Shown here piece by piece: positions 10,027 through 20,830 of a stretch of 64,000 nt of DNA. This DNA comes from Alphaproteobacteria bacterium. GTDB lineage: Bacteria > Pseudomonadota > Alphaproteobacteria > GCA-2731375. Position 1 is the stretch's first letter. Each line of letters opens with the position of its first letter. The notes under the pieces are model-generated. The model was not told the DNA's origin. It saw only the letters and a program-made list of their open reading frames with translations, and did not search any database. Location of the stretch: the NCBI GenBank assembly GCA_965225945.1, contig CBDDBZ010000025.1, positions 64,001-128,000 of the forward strand, given 5' to 3'. Both the position numbers and the translations under genes were made by a program.

Positions 10027-10147
10027 TTCTGAACTCCTTCAACAAATGGCTGAATCAATTCTTCCGGCCAACATTGATGATTCGATGCCTTGGTCCTATA
10101 TTCGCCTCAATAACAGACGGCCAATGCCGTGGGGAGGAACCAATACC

Positions 10148-10570
10148 ATGAGCGAACGGCAAGAACGGTCGCTGGAAGTCCTGCAGTTGACCGCCGACAT
10201 CGTCGCCAGCCATGTCGCCAACAACTCTGTGCCCATCGCCGAGATGCCGCAACTGATCCAGCAGGTCTACGACAGCCTGGCGGGGCTAGGCGGCGGCGAG
10301 GTTCGCGAGGAGAGCGACCGTCCCGAGCCGGCCGTGTCGATCCGCAAGTCGATCACACCCGAATATATAATCTGCCTCGAGGATGGCAAGAAGCTGAAGA
10401 TGCTGAAGCGCCACCTCAAGACCGCCTACAACATGACGCCGGAGCAGTATCGCGAGCGTTGGGGGCTGCCGGTCGACTATCCCATGGTCGCGCCCAACTA
10501 CGCGGCCCAGCGGCGCGAGTTGGCGAAGAAGATCGGCCTCGGAACCACGCGGCCCCAGAACGACGCCTAG
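10148..10570 (+). CDS. mucR: MucR/Ros transcriptional regulator
   Basis: CLEDGKKLKMLKRHL and YPMVAPNY motifs. Confidence 0.95.
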   Translation: MSERQERSLEVLQLTADIVASHVANNSVPIAEMPQLIQQVYDSLAGLGGGEVREESDRPEPAVSIRKSITPEYIICLEDGKKLKMLKRHLKTAYNMTPEQYRERWGLPVDYPMVAPNYAAQRRELAKKIGLGTTRPQNDA

Positions 10571-10603
10571 CGCGCCGGCCCGAGCCCGCACCGGATCGTG
10601 GTG

Positions 10604-11050
10604 ATGCGAGGCAGCTTCGAGCGGCTCTGCGCCGAGAAGGGCATTCGACTGACCGGGAAGCGGCGTCTGGTGGGACGGATTCTGGAAGCGGCGGACGATC
10701 ACCCCAACATCGAGGAGCTGCATCGCCGCGCGAGCGCGAGCGATCCGCGGATTTCACTCGCCACCATCTATCGCGCGGTTCGCCTGTTCGAGACCGCCGG
10801 GCTGCTGGCGCGACACGACTTCGGCGACGGCCGGGCCCGCTACGAGCTGGAGCCGCGCCAGCATCACGACCACCTGATCGACACCACCACCGGCGAAGTC
10901 ATGGAATTTCAGAGCGCGCAGATCGAGCGGCTGCAGGTCGAAATCGCGCACGAGATGGGCTATCGCCTCGTCGGGCATCGGTTGGAGCTGTTCGGCGTGC
11001 CGCTGGCGGAAGACGCCGGGCGGCGTCGCGGCGGCCGTTCGACGTCGTAG
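10604..11050 (+). CDS. fur: Fur family transcriptional regulator
   Basis: ISLATIYR, HHDHLID and HRLELFG motifs. Confidence 0.9.
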   Translation: MRGSFERLCAEKGIRLTGKRRLVGRILEAADDHPNIEELHRRASASDPRISLATIYRAVRLFETAGLLARHDFGDGRARYELEPRQHHDHLIDTTTGEVMEFQSAQIERLQVEIAHEMGYRLVGHRLELFGVPLAEDAGRRRGGRSTS

Positions 11051-11318
11051 TCGACGGCGGGTCGCGGAGAGGTCGGGACGGTCGCGACGAGGCATGATCG
11101 CCTGCGAAGCTGCCCTACCTTTTTGAAGAATAGGGCAATTTTATCCAAACGGATGGAATCGTACCGGTTCCATCCGTTCGGATATTGCTCTAGCTTGATC
11201 GGCGCGACGGCTTCGTGTAAACGGCGGCTCTTTCGCGGAACGGGCTCGGTGGGGCCCCGGCGAACGCGGCGATACGAAAGCACCGGGCGAAATCGCGAAC
11301 CACGTTGACAGGTCGGCC

Positions 11319-12704
11319 TTGGCCAAATCGCTCTTCATCCGAACATACGGCTGCCAGATGAACGTCTACGACTCCGCGCGGATGGCGGATGTCCTGGCGC
11401 CGCTGGGCTACGCTCTGGTAGACGCGCCGGACGATGCCGACATGGTCATCGTCAACACCTGCCACATTCGCGAGAAGGCGGCGGAGAAGACCTATTCCGA
11501 ACTCGGCCGCCTGCGCCGCCTGCAGGAGCGCAAGGCGACGGCCGGCGGGCGCATGGTGCTCGCCGTGGCCGGCTGCGTCGCCCAGGCGGAGGGCGAGGAG
11601 ATCCTGCGCCGCGCGCCCAACGTCGACATCGTGCTGGGCCCCCAGACTTATCACCGCCTGCCGGAGATGCTGGCCCGCGCGCGGCGCGCCGCCGACCAAC
11701 GTGATGGCCGGGCGAGGCTCGGCGTGCTCGACACCGAGTTTCCGATCGAGGCGAAATTCGATCATTTGCCGAAATCCGAGAGACCGGCGGCCCCGAGCGC
11801 CTTCCTCACCGTGCAAGAGGGCTGCGACAAGTTCTGCACCTTCTGTGTCGTGCCCTACACCCGGGGAGCCGAATATTCCCGGCCGGTCGCGCGGATCCTG
11901 GCCGAGGCGCGCGATCTGGTGGCCCGGGGCGCGCGGGAGATCACCCTTCTCGGCCAGAACGTCAACGCCTACGCGGGCGAGGCGCCGGCGGGCGATAGCT
12001 GGGATCTCGCCCGGCTCTGCCTGGCGCTGGCCGAGATCGACGATCTCGCGCGCATCCGCTACACCACCTCGCACCCCCGTGACATGAACGAGGCCCTGAT
12101 CGCGGCGCATCACGATTGTCCGAAGCTGATGCCCTATCTGCATTTGCCGATCCAGTCCGGCTCCGACCGCGTCCTCGCGGCGATGAATCGGTCGCATCGG
12201 GTCGAGGATTATTTGGCGACGGTCGCCCGGCTGCGCGCGGCCCGGCCCGATCTGGCGCTCTCGGGCGATTTCATCGTCGGCTTCCCGGGCGAGGGCGAGG
12301 CGGATTTCCGCGCCACTCTCGATCTGGTGGCGGAGGTCGGCTACGCCCAGGCGTTTTCCTTCAAGTACAGCCCCCGGCCCGGCACCCCGGCGGTGGCGAT
12401 GGAGGGACAGGTGCCCGAGGCGGAAAAGGCCGAGCGGCTGGCCCGCCTCCAGGCGCTGCTGGCGCGCCAGCAACGGGACTTCAACCAGGCCATGCTCGGC
12501 CGCGAGCTGGAGCTTCTGCTGGAGCGCCCGGGGCGCCATCCGGACCAGCTCGTCGGCCGCAGTCCTTACCTCCAGGCGGTGCATCTAGACGCCGACGGCG
12601 CCCGGGTCGGCGATCTGGTTCGCGCCCGTATCGTCGAGGCCGGCCAAAACAGTCTCGCCGGCCGACGGCTCGGCGCCGAGGCCTTGGAGGCGCCCCTCCC
12701 GTGA
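11319..12704 (+). CDS. miaB: tRNA-2-methylthio-N6-dimethylallyladenosine synthase
   Basis: [15 protein letters not shown] radical SAM motif, C-terminal TRAM domain. Confidence 0.96.
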   Translation: MAKSLFIRTYGCQMNVYDSARMADVLAPLGYALVDAPDDADMVIVNTCHIREKAAEKTYSELGRLRRLQERKATAGGRMVLAVAGCVAQAEGEEILRRAPNVDIVLGPQTYHRLPEMLARARRAADQRDGRARLGVLDTEFPIEAKFDHLPKSERPAAPSAFLTVQEGCDKFCTFCVVPYTRGAEYSRPVARILAEARDLVARGAREITLLGQNVNAYAGEAPAGDSWDLARLCLALAEIDDLARIRYTTSHPRDMNEALIAAHHDCPKLMPYLHLPIQSGSDRVLAAMNRSHRVEDYLATVARLRAARPDLALSGDFIVGFPGEGEADFRATLDLVAEVGYAQAFSFKYSPRPGTPAVAMEGQVPEAEKAERLARLQALLARQQRDFNQAMLGRELELLLERPGRHPDQLVGRSPYLQAVHLDADGARVGDLVRARIVEAGQNSLAGRRLGAEALEAPLP

Positions 12705-13693
12705 GTTCGGATTCGCGCCAGCCGCATCTCGTCGTCGAGTTTCAGGACAACCGGCTCCTGCCGGCGCTCTATGGCGAGCACGACCAAAACCTCGCGCGGA
12801 TCGAGCAGAAGCTCGGCGTCCGGGTGGTGCCGCGCGGCAATCGCGTCTCGATCCAGGGGGAGGAGAGCGCGGCGGCCGCCGCCAGCGCGGCATTGAACGA
12901 GCTCTATCGGCGCCTGCAACGCGGTCAGGCGCCGGGCCTGGGCGACGTCGACGGCGCCGTTCGCATGGCGAGCGCGGAGGATACCACGGCCGAGGGCCGA
13001 GGCGCGGGCGAGGACGAGGCGATTCGCACGCAGAAGCGCGTGATCTGGGCCCGTTCGCCGGTCCAAGCCGACTACGTTCGCGCGCTCCGGAGCGATCCCC
13101 TGGTCGTCGCCCTCGGCCCCGCCGGCACCGGCAAGACCTATCTCGCCGTCGCCGTCGCGGTGTCGATGATGCGCGAGGGGCGCGTCGATCGGATGATCCT
13201 CACCCGCCCGGCGGTCGAGGCCGGCGAGCGGCTGGGCTTCCTTCCCGGCACCTTGGAGGAGAAGGTCGACCCCTATATGCGTCCAATGCTCGACGCGCTG
13301 TTCGATATGATGCCGGGCGAAATCGTGGTAAAAAGGCGGGAGGAAGGCGTCATCGAGGTGGCACCGCTCGCTTACATGCGGGGACGCACGCTCGCCAACG
13401 CCTTCATCATTCTAGACGAGGCACAGAACACGACGCCAATTCAGATGAAGATGATTTTGACGCGCATGGGTGAGAACGCCCGCATGGTGGTCACCGGCGA
13501 TCCGAGCCAGGTAGACCTGCCGCTCGGCATCAAGTCGGGTTTGGTCGACGCGATAGAAATTATCGGCGGCATCGAGGATGTGGGCATCATCGAGTTCACC
13601 CACGCCGACGTCGTGCGCCATCCCTTGGTGACGCGGATTGTCAAGGCCTACGACGCCCGCGACTGCGGCCTGTTGGGCGAGGCGGACTCGTGA
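12701..13693 (+). CDS. phoH: PhoH family ATPase
   Basis: [19 protein letters not shown] and DEAQN motifs; GTG start overlaps the miaB stop. Confidence 0.95.
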   Translation: MSSDSRQPHLVVEFQDNRLLPALYGEHDQNLARIEQKLGVRVVPRGNRVSIQGEESAAAAASAALNELYRRLQRGQAPGLGDVDGAVRMASAEDTTAEGRGAGEDEAIRTQKRVIWARSPVQADYVRALRSDPLVVALGPAGTGKTYLAVAVAVSMMREGRVDRMILTRPAVEAGERLGFLPGTLEEKVDPYMRPMLDALFDMMPGEIVVKRREEGVIEVAPLAYMRGRTLANAFIILDEAQNTTPIQMKMILTRMGENARMVVTGDPSQVDLPLGIKSGLVDAIEIIGGIEDVGIIEFTHADVVRHPLVTRIVKAYDARDCGLLGEADS

Positions 13694-16029
13694 GCGACGC
13701 CAACCTCCAGCCTCGCGACGACCTGCTGCGCGCGCGCGAGGAACTTCGCCAGCGTGCCGAGCGGGCACTCGGGCAGGGCCGCTGGCGGCGGTGGCGGCCG
13801 GCCCTCGATCTCACCTTGCTGGCGGCCTTTGTGGTGCTGTTGACCGCGCTGTTGGCGCCGCCCGTGCCCGGCGTGCTGCCGATACCGGCGCTCGACAGCG
13901 TCGCGCAAACGACGATCCGGGCCGAGCGCGACGTGCTGGTCGAGGATCGCAAGGCCACGGCGCTGCGCCGGCAGGAATCGGCGGCCGGCGTGCTGCCGGT
14001 CCACGACTACGATTCGGAGCTCTACTTCACCCTCGGCGATCGGGTCTCGGCGGCCGTCGGCAAGATGGTGCGTCGCCGCGACCAGTCCGAGGCCACCGAG
14101 GTGGCGCGCCGGACGGCCTTCGAGAGCGACATCGGAGTGCCGATCAAGCCGGGTGTCTTTCCGCTGGTCGAGAAGCTGGAAGACCCGCTCGACATCGCCA
14201 TCGCGGTCAATTTCTTCCTCAATATGGGCCTCGACCGGATGATCATCGCCAACCGCGCGGAGCTGCCGCAGTCGGGCGGCATCGAATCGGTCGATCTCGC
14301 GACCAATCGCTCGATCCGGCTGTTCTATCTGGGCGGCATTCTCGACCTCCGACAGTTTCGCCGCTTGATCCAGGCCCGTTCGGGCGACGCGCCGTACGGC
14401 ACGGCGCGTATCGTCCGCTCCTGGATCTTCGAGACGGCGATGTTGCTGGTCGGGGCGAACCTGCGCGCCAACGAGGCGGCGACCCGCAAGCTGCGCGAGG
14501 ACGCGGCGGCGGAGATCGAGCCCGTCTTCGTGCAAATCAAGGCGGGAGAGGTTCTGGTGCGCCGGGGCGACCGGGTGACGCGATCGGTGCAGGAGCGAAT
14601 GCGCTGGTTGAACGAGAGCGCGGGCGGCCGCCAGCGCTGGGGCGAGACGGCGGCGATGGCGCTGCTGCTGAGCGGCGTCATCCTGCTGGCGGGCATCTTC
14701 TTCCGCCGGGGCCGCGTCGCCCACGATCTCGATCGCAAGCAGATCCTGGTGACGCTCACCATCGTGCTGATCGCGGCGGCCTTCGCGATTGCCATGTACT
14801 ACGCCGGCCGGGGTCTTGCCGAGGGCCTGGCGATTCCGCCGGAGACCGCGACCCTGCTGATACCGCTGGCGCTCGCCACCGTGCTGGTCTCGTTGCTGGT
14901 CGACGCGCGCACCAGCTTGCTGGTCGGGATCGGCATGACGATCCTGGTGGCCTACCGGGTCGACGGCGACATCGGCCTGGTGACCTATTACGTGGTCGGC
15001 GTGCTGGTCGCCGGCATCGCCGCCCGGGGTTGCCGGCGGCGGACCGACCTGTTGCGCGCGGGACTGATGGTGGCTCTGGCGCAGATGGCGGTGCTGCCGC
15101 TCACCACGCTCCTGGCGGGCGAGAGCTTCGGTCCCTCGAAGCTGCCGGAACTCGGTGCCGCCGCCGCCTCCGGCCTGATCGTCGCGGTGTTGGCGCTCGG
15201 CCTGCTGCCGGCCTTGGAGCACCTGTTCGACCAGCCGACGGACATGCGCCTCCTGGAACTCGCCTCGAGCGACCATCCCTTGCTGAAGCGCCTGGCTCTG
15301 GTGGCGCCGGGCAGCTACTACGCCTCGGTGCTGGTCGGCAATCTCTCGGAGGCGGCGGCCGACGCGATCGGCGCCAATGGGCTCCGCGCCCGAGTGATGG
15401 CGCTCTATCACGATATCGGCAAGATCGTGCGTCCGGGCTACTTCGCCGAAAACCAGCGCGATCACAACGAACACGATCGCCTGGCGCCGGAGGTCTCGGC
15501 CCGGATCATCCTCGGTCATGTCCAGGACGGCATCGAAATCGCCCAGCGCGAGCGGCTGGGGCCGGTGGTGCTGGAGGCGATCACCCAGCACCAGGGAACG
15601 ACGCTGTTGAAGTGGTTCTACGCCAAGGCGTTGGAACGGGCGGAGGCGGCGAAGGGCGAGATCGCGGAGGAGGACTTCCGCTATCCGGGGCCCAAACCGC
15701 AGAGCCGCGAGGCCGGCATCCTGCTCTTGGCCGACTCGGTCGAGGCGGCGACCCGCGCGCTCGGCAACCCGGCGCCCGCCGAGGTCCGCGCCCGGGTCTC
15801 GGACGTGATCGCCGAAAAGGTCGCCGACGGGCAGCTCGACGAATGCGAGCTCACCTTCCGCGATTTGACCGTGGTGGAGGAGGCGTTCGCCCGCACGCTC
15901 ACCCTCGGCGTTTACCACAACAGAATTGAATACCCGGCCCTGCCGGCCAGGCCCAAGCAACATGGCGAGAGCGAGAATGAGGATCGAGGTTCGGATCGAG
16001 TGTCCAACCTGGGCGACCGATCGGCCTGA
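13690..16029 (+). CDS. 7TM-HD (PgpH/YqfF-like) membrane protein with a degenerate HD active site
   Basis: N-terminal TM helix, large extracytoplasmic domain (IKAGEVLVRRGD), about 7 TM helices, then YHDIGK, FAENQ, FRYPGPKP and ADSVEAA. Confidence 0.9.
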   Translation: MSDANLQPRDDLLRAREELRQRAERALGQGRWRRWRPALDLTLLAAFVVLLTALLAPPVPGVLPIPALDSVAQTTIRAERDVLVEDRKATALRRQESAAGVLPVHDYDSELYFTLGDRVSAAVGKMVRRRDQSEATEVARRTAFESDIGVPIKPGVFPLVEKLEDPLDIAIAVNFFLNMGLDRMIIANRAELPQSGGIESVDLATNRSIRLFYLGGILDLRQFRRLIQARSGDAPYGTARIVRSWIFETAMLLVGANLRANEAATRKLREDAAAEIEPVFVQIKAGEVLVRRGDRVTRSVQERMRWLNESAGGRQRWGETAAMALLLSGVILLAGIFFRRGRVAHDLDRKQILVTLTIVLIAAAFAIAMYYAGRGLAEGLAIPPETATLLIPLALATVLVSLLVDARTSLLVGIGMTILVAYRVDGDIGLVTYYVVGVLVAGIAARGCRRRTDLLRAGLMVALAQMAVLPLTTLLAGESFGPSKLPELGAAAASGLIVAVLALGLLPALEHLFDQPTDMRLLELASSDHPLLKRLALVAPGSYYASVLVGNLSEAAADAIGANGLRARVMALYHDIGKIVRPGYFAENQRDHNEHDRLAPEVSARIILGHVQDGIEIAQRERLGPVVLEAITQHQGTTLLKWFYAKALERAEAAKGEIAEEDFRYPGPKPQSREAGILLLADSVEAATRALGNPAPAEVRARVSDVIAEKVADGQLDECELTFRDLTVVEEAFARTLTLGVYHNRIEYPALPARPKQHGESENEDRGSDRVSNLGDRSA

Positions 16030-16489
16030 CCCGACGGGCCTGGTCGAGGTCGCGCTCGCCGAAGCCGGCGAGGTGATCGACGACACAGGCCTGCGAGGCC
16101 GCGAGGTCTGCGTGGTGTTGGGCGACGACGCGTTCTCGCGCCGGCTGAACGATACCTGGCGCGGCCGCGACGGTACGACCAACGTGCTGGCCTTTCCGAC
16201 CATGGCCCCCGGGGCTTGGCGGGAAATTCCGGCAGAGGTCGAGGAGAGCCTGGGCGATATCGTGCTGGCGCGCGATGTCGTGGTCGAGGAGGCGCGGGTC
16301 CAGGGCAAGCCGCTGGCCTGGCATTTCACCCATCTCGTACTACATGGATATTTGCATCTTCTGGGCTACGATCACGGCGACGATGGCTCGGCGCGGGAGA
16401 TGGAGGACATGGAGCGTCGGATATTGGCGCGACTTGGAATTCCGGACCCCTATGAGATCGAAGCGGACCGGGCGTCGGCAATCCTATGA
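15977..16489 (+). CDS. ybeY: rRNA maturation endoribonuclease YbeY
   Basis: TNVLAFP, LGDIVL and HGYLHLLGYDH motifs. Confidence 0.93.
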   Translation: MRIEVRIECPTWATDRPDPTGLVEVALAEAGEVIDDTGLRGREVCVVLGDDAFSRRLNDTWRGRDGTTNVLAFPTMAPGAWREIPAEVEESLGDIVLARDVVVEEARVQGKPLAWHFTHLVLHGYLHLLGYDHGDDGSAREMEDMERRILARLGIPDPYEIEADRASAIL

Positions 16490-16498
16490 GCCAAGGTG

Positions 16499-17422
16499 AT
16501 GAACGACGACTCCTCTAAAAGTAGATCGCCCCGGCAACCCGGGGCCAACTCCGACAATTCGACGACGTCACTGGGCGAGATACTGAAATCCTGGCTCCGC
16601 GGCATATTTGGCGGCGGCGAGGGCGATCTCCGGGAGAGCCTCGAGGACGTGATCGAGGAGCACGGCGAGAACGGCGGCTTGCTCGATCCCGAGCAGCGGA
16701 CCATGCTCTCGAACATCCTGGGCTTCGGCGAACTGCAGGCCGACGACATCATGGTGCCGAGGGCCGACATTGTCGCGATCGACGTCGCCAATGGCCTCGC
16801 GGAGGTGATGGGGACCTTCCGCGAGGGGCGCCATTCGCGCCTGCCGGTCTATGGCGAGAACCTGGACCAGGTGATCGGCTTCATCCACATCAAAGACATC
16901 CTCGACTTCTGGAGCGACGGCGAGGGGTTCTCGGTCGCCAAGATCGTCCGCGAGCCGTTGGTGGTGCCGCCTTCGATGCCGGCGCTCGACCTCTTGGAAC
17001 GGATGCGGGCGACCCGGATCCACATGGCGTTGGTGGTCGACGAGTACGGCGGCGTGGACGGCCTGATCACCATCGAGGACGTTGTCGAGGAGATCGTCGG
17101 CGAGATCGAGGACGAGCACGACGAGGAGAGCGACAACGTCATCACCGCGCTCTCGGAGGATTGCTTCGAGGCCGACGCGCGGGTCGAGATCGAGGTCTTC
17201 GAGAGCCGCTTCGGCGTCGATCTTCTGCCCGACGAGCACGACGAGGACATCGAGACCCTGGGCGGCGCCGTCGTCGCTCTGCTGGGCCGCTTGCCGCGCA
17301 CCGGCGAGCGGGTCCGCCATACCGCCGGCTTCGAGTTCGAGGTCGTGGATGCCGATCCGCGCCGCATAAAGAAACTCCGCATTCACCGCGCCGCCGAGGC
17401 GCGCGCCGCCTCGGCCGACTAG
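16499..17422 (+). CDS. corC: HlyC/CorC family CBS-domain protein
   Basis: MVPRADI, HSRLPV and VVDEYGG motifs; CorC_HlyC C-terminus. Confidence 0.9.
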   Translation: MNDDSSKSRSPRQPGANSDNSTTSLGEILKSWLRGIFGGGEGDLRESLEDVIEEHGENGGLLDPEQRTMLSNILGFGELQADDIMVPRADIVAIDVANGLAEVMGTFREGRHSRLPVYGENLDQVIGFIHIKDILDFWSDGEGFSVAKIVREPLVVPPSMPALDLLERMRATRIHMALVVDEYGGVDGLITIEDVVEEIVGEIEDEHDEESDNVITALSEDCFEADARVEIEVFESRFGVDLLPDEHDEDIETLGGAVVALLGRLPRTGERVRHTAGFEFEVVDADPRRIKKLRIHRAAEARAASAD

Positions 17423-17426
17423 GGCG

Positions 17427-19016
17427 TTGTCTGCTCGCGCGGAATTGCCTACTCCGGCCGGATCGGACAACCTATCGCCAACCCGCCTCGCCGCCGCCGT
17501 TCAGGGCCCGCGGGGCTGGCGCCGCGCGGCTCTCGCCACCGGGCTCGGGGCGCTCGCGGCCTTGGCCTTGCCCCCATTTCATCTGGTGGTGCTGCTGATC
17601 CCGGCCTTCGTCGGCCTGCTCTGGCTGATCGACGGTTGCCGAGGGATCAAGGCGGCGGCGGCGATCGGCTGGCTCTTCGGTTTCGGCTATTTCCTCGTGA
17701 GCCTGCATTGGCTCGGTAACGCCTTCCTGGTCGACGCCGATCGGCACGCCCTGGTGATGGCGCCGGCGGTGTTGGGGCTGGCCGCCGGTATGGCAATCTT
17801 TCCGGCCCTGGCGAGCGCGCTCGCCCGTTTCGCGCCGGGGACCGGCTGGCGACGCCTGCTCGCACTCGCCGCAGCGTGGATCCTCGTGGAGTGGTTTCGG
17901 GGCTGGTTCCTGACCGGCTTGCCCTGGAGCCTGGTCGGCCATGCCTGGGCGGTTTCGGACGAGATGCTGCAGGCCACCGCCGTGGTCGGGGTTCCCGGTC
18001 TCGGTGCGATGACGCTGGTCGCGGCGCTGTCCCCGGCCCGTGTCCGGGGGCGCCGGGATCTGCTTGTCGTGGCGGCTCTCTTCGCGATGTTGGCCATGCT
18101 CTGGGTCGGCGGTCGCGCACGCCTCGCCGCGCCCGGCCCCGACGATTCGACCGACCATCGCGTGCGCGTGGTCCAGCCCAACATTCCCCAACGGTTGAAA
18201 TGGCGGCGGGATATGCGCCAGGCCAACTTCGCGCGACACCTGGCGCTCGCCTATTCGAGGCCGCTCGCACCCGGCACCCTGGTGATTTGGCCCGAGACCG
18301 CGACGCCCTTCTTCTTGGAGGAGCGGTCTCCGGCGTTACGACGGATCGCGGAGGGCTTGCCGCAGCACGGCCTCGCTCTCGTGGGCTCGCCCCGGCGGGC
18401 CCCGGGCGGCGAGCGGCGGCTCTGGAACAGCCTTCTTGTGGTGGCGCCGCCGGGCCGCGTGGTCCTGCGCTACGACAAGCAGCATCTGGTACCATTTGGC
18501 GAATATTTACCTTTTCGTGCTCTCTTGAGGCGACTCGGCCTCGCCAAAGTCGCGGCGGGATCGATCGACTATTCCGCCGGACCCGGCCCTCGGGTTCTGC
18601 GCCACCCAGACCTACCGGAGCTCCAGCCGCTAATATGTTTCGAAGCGATTTTTCCCGCCGAGCGGCCGCCGGAGCGGCCGCGTTGGCTGCTCAACATCAC
18701 CAACGATGCCTGGTTCGGCGATTTCGCCGGACCACGCCAACACTTCGAGATTTCGCGCCTTCGCGCGATCGAACGGGGAATTCCGTTGGTTCGCGCCGCC
18801 AATACCGGCATTTCGGCGGTGATCGATGCCCATGGCCGCGTTCGCGCCGCCTTGCCATTGGGGGAGGCGGGTGTCCTGGACGAGGCCCTGCCCTCGCCCC
18901 TGCCCGCGCCGCCGCCTTACGGCCGCTTCGGCGATCTCACCTGGATGCCGGTTGTGGTCTTGATCTTGATACTCACGATCGCGGGTCGGCGGCGCGAGCA
19001 TGCCAACGCATCCTAG
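17427..19016 (+). CDS. lnt: Apolipoprotein N-acyltransferase
   Basis: QPNI, WPET, KQHLVPFGEY, ICFE, NDAWF and ANTGIS motifs. Confidence 0.94.
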   Translation: MSARAELPTPAGSDNLSPTRLAAAVQGPRGWRRAALATGLGALAALALPPFHLVVLLIPAFVGLLWLIDGCRGIKAAAAIGWLFGFGYFLVSLHWLGNAFLVDADRHALVMAPAVLGLAAGMAIFPALASALARFAPGTGWRRLLALAAAWILVEWFRGWFLTGLPWSLVGHAWAVSDEMLQATAVVGVPGLGAMTLVAALSPARVRGRRDLLVVAALFAMLAMLWVGGRARLAAPGPDDSTDHRVRVVQPNIPQRLKWRRDMRQANFARHLALAYSRPLAPGTLVIWPETATPFFLEERSPALRRIAEGLPQHGLALVGSPRRAPGGERRLWNSLLVVAPPGRVVLRYDKQHLVPFGEYLPFRALLRRLGLAKVAAGSIDYSAGPGPRVLRHPDLPELQPLICFEAIFPAERPPERPRWLLNITNDAWFGDFAGPRQHFEISRLRAIERGIPLVRAANTGISAVIDAHGRVRAALPLGEAGVLDEALPSPLPAPPPYGRFGDLTWMPVVVLILILTIAGRRREHANAS

Positions 19017-19107
19017 AAACGTCGTTATCCTCTTGCGCCCTCAAGTGGCATACGCCAGTATGCAGCATGTCGCCACGCATCCTCGGCGCGGCTTTAGCAG
19101 GTGTGGC

Positions 19108-19530
19108 ATGAAAAGACGTAGCTCGGAGCATCCGGACCCCGTCGATATTCATGTAGGGGGACGGGTTCGGCTTCGCCGCACGCTGCTGGGCATGAGTCAG
19201 GAAAAACTCGGTGGCGCCTTGGGTCTGACCTTCCAGCAGGTCCAGAAATACGAGCGCGGGGCCAATCGGATCGGCTCGAGTCGGCTCTATCACTTGAGCC
19301 ACATCCTCGACGTGCCAGTCTCTTTCTTCTTCGACGACATGCCGGTCGAGGCCGCCGGCGGTGGCTTCGCTGAGGGCGGCCAGCAGGTCTACGATCAGGA
19401 GAAGCTCTCCCGACGCGAAACCCTGGAGCTGGTGCGCGCCTACTACCAGATCGAGGACCCGGAGGTCCGCAAGCGGATGTTCGAGCTCGTCAAGGCGATC
19501 GCGGGCGAGCGCTACGTGCCCAGGATCTGA
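19108..19530 (+). CDS. XRE-family HTH transcriptional regulator
   Basis: PVDIHVGGRVRLRR and TFQQVQKYERGANR motifs; usual position between lnt and metK. Confidence 0.9.
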   Translation: MKRRSSEHPDPVDIHVGGRVRLRRTLLGMSQEKLGGALGLTFQQVQKYERGANRIGSSRLYHLSHILDVPVSFFFDDMPVEAAGGGFAEGGQQVYDQEKLSRRETLELVRAYYQIEDPEVRKRMFELVKAIAGERYVPRI

Positions 19531-19632
19531 ACCGTTGCCGCGCTTGACCCGCCACGAGCGAACCCCTTAAAGAGGTCCGCGCGGTGTCGGATTGCCGACG
19601 CCATCCTTGCCATGTGTGAGAAGGAAGCGAGC

Positions 19633-20811
19633 GTGGCGCGAGAAAGCTATCTCTTCACCAGCGAATCCGTATCCGAGGGCCACCCGGACAAGGTTTGCGA
19701 TCAGATCTCCGACCGCATCGTCGACATGTTCATGGCGGCGGACCCGGAGCATGCGCGCGTCGCCTGCGAGACTCTCTGCACCACCAATTTGGTGGTGATG
19801 GCGGGCGAGGTCCGCGGCCCGAGCGACGTCATCAACGACGTCGAGGGCATGGAGGCCCGGGCGCGCGAATGCATCCGCGACATCGGCTACGAGCAGGACG
19901 GCTTTCACTGGGAGACCGCGCGGGTCGAGGTTCTTCTGCATCCCCAGTCGGTGGATATCAGCCAGGGGGTCGACGCCAGCGGCAACAAGGAGATGGGCGC
20001 GGGCGATCAGGGCATCATGTTCGGCTACGCCTGCAGCGAGACCGAGGAGTTGATGCCGGCGCCGATCTCCTATTCGCATCGCATCCTGGAGCGCATGGCC
20101 GAGGATCGCCACGCCGGCCGAGCGCCCGGCTTCCGCCCGGATTCCAAGAGCCAGGTGACGCTGCGTTACGAGAAGGGGCGGCCGGTGGGCGCAACCTCGG
20201 TCGTGGTCTCGACCCAGCATGACCCGGCGCTCGACCAGGCCGATGTTCGCGAACTGGTTCGCCCCTACGTGCTGGAGGTGCTTCCCGAGGGCTGGATGTG
20301 CCCGGAGGACGAGTTTTACGTCAACCCGACCGGCCGCTTCGTGATCGGCGGGCCCGACGGCGATGCCGGCCTCACCGGTCGCAAAATCATCGTCGACACC
20401 TATGGCGGCGCGGCGCCGCATGGCGGCGGTGCCTTTTCCGGCAAGGATCCCTCCAAGGTCGATCGCTCGGCCGCCTATGCCGCCCGCTATTTGGCCAAGA
20501 ATATCGTCGCCGCGAACCTTGCCGATCGCTGCGCGATCCAGCTCGCCTACGCCATCGGCGTGGCCAAGCCGCTGGCGCTCCAGGTCGACACCTACGGCAC
20601 CGGACGCGCCGACGAGGCTCGGCTGGAAGTGGCCCTGGGCGAGATGGTGAATCTCAGCCCCGGCGGCATTCGCCGCCACCTAAATCTCACCCGGCCGATC
20701 TACGGCCGCACCGCCGCCTACGGCCATTTCGGTCGGCCGACCAGCGAAGATGGCGGCTTCTCCTGGGAGCGCACGGACCTGGTCGAGGAGCTGTCCGCGT
20801 TGTTCGGTTGA
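19633..20811 (+). CDS. metK: S-adenosylmethionine synthetase
   Basis: [17 protein letters not shown] and GGGAFSGKD motifs. Confidence 0.97.
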   Translation: MARESYLFTSESVSEGHPDKVCDQISDRIVDMFMAADPEHARVACETLCTTNLVVMAGEVRGPSDVINDVEGMEARARECIRDIGYEQDGFHWETARVEVLLHPQSVDISQGVDASGNKEMGAGDQGIMFGYACSETEELMPAPISYSHRILERMAEDRHAGRAPGFRPDSKSQVTLRYEKGRPVGATSVVVSTQHDPALDQADVRELVRPYVLEVLPEGWMCPEDEFYVNPTGRFVIGGPDGDAGLTGRKIIVDTYGGAAPHGGGAFSGKDPSKVDRSAAYAARYLAKNIVAANLADRCAIQLAYAIGVAKPLALQVDTYGTGRADEARLEVALGEMVNLSPGGIRRHLNLTRPIYGRTAAYGHFGRPTSEDGGFSWERTDLVEELSALFG

Positions 20812-20830
20812 GGACACGCAGCTGGAGGCC

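Noticed and set aside
19531-19632. SAM riboswitch upstream of metK
   Set aside because: No SAM-II or SAM-SAH consensus recognised; only a promoter-like TTGACC and a short hairpin
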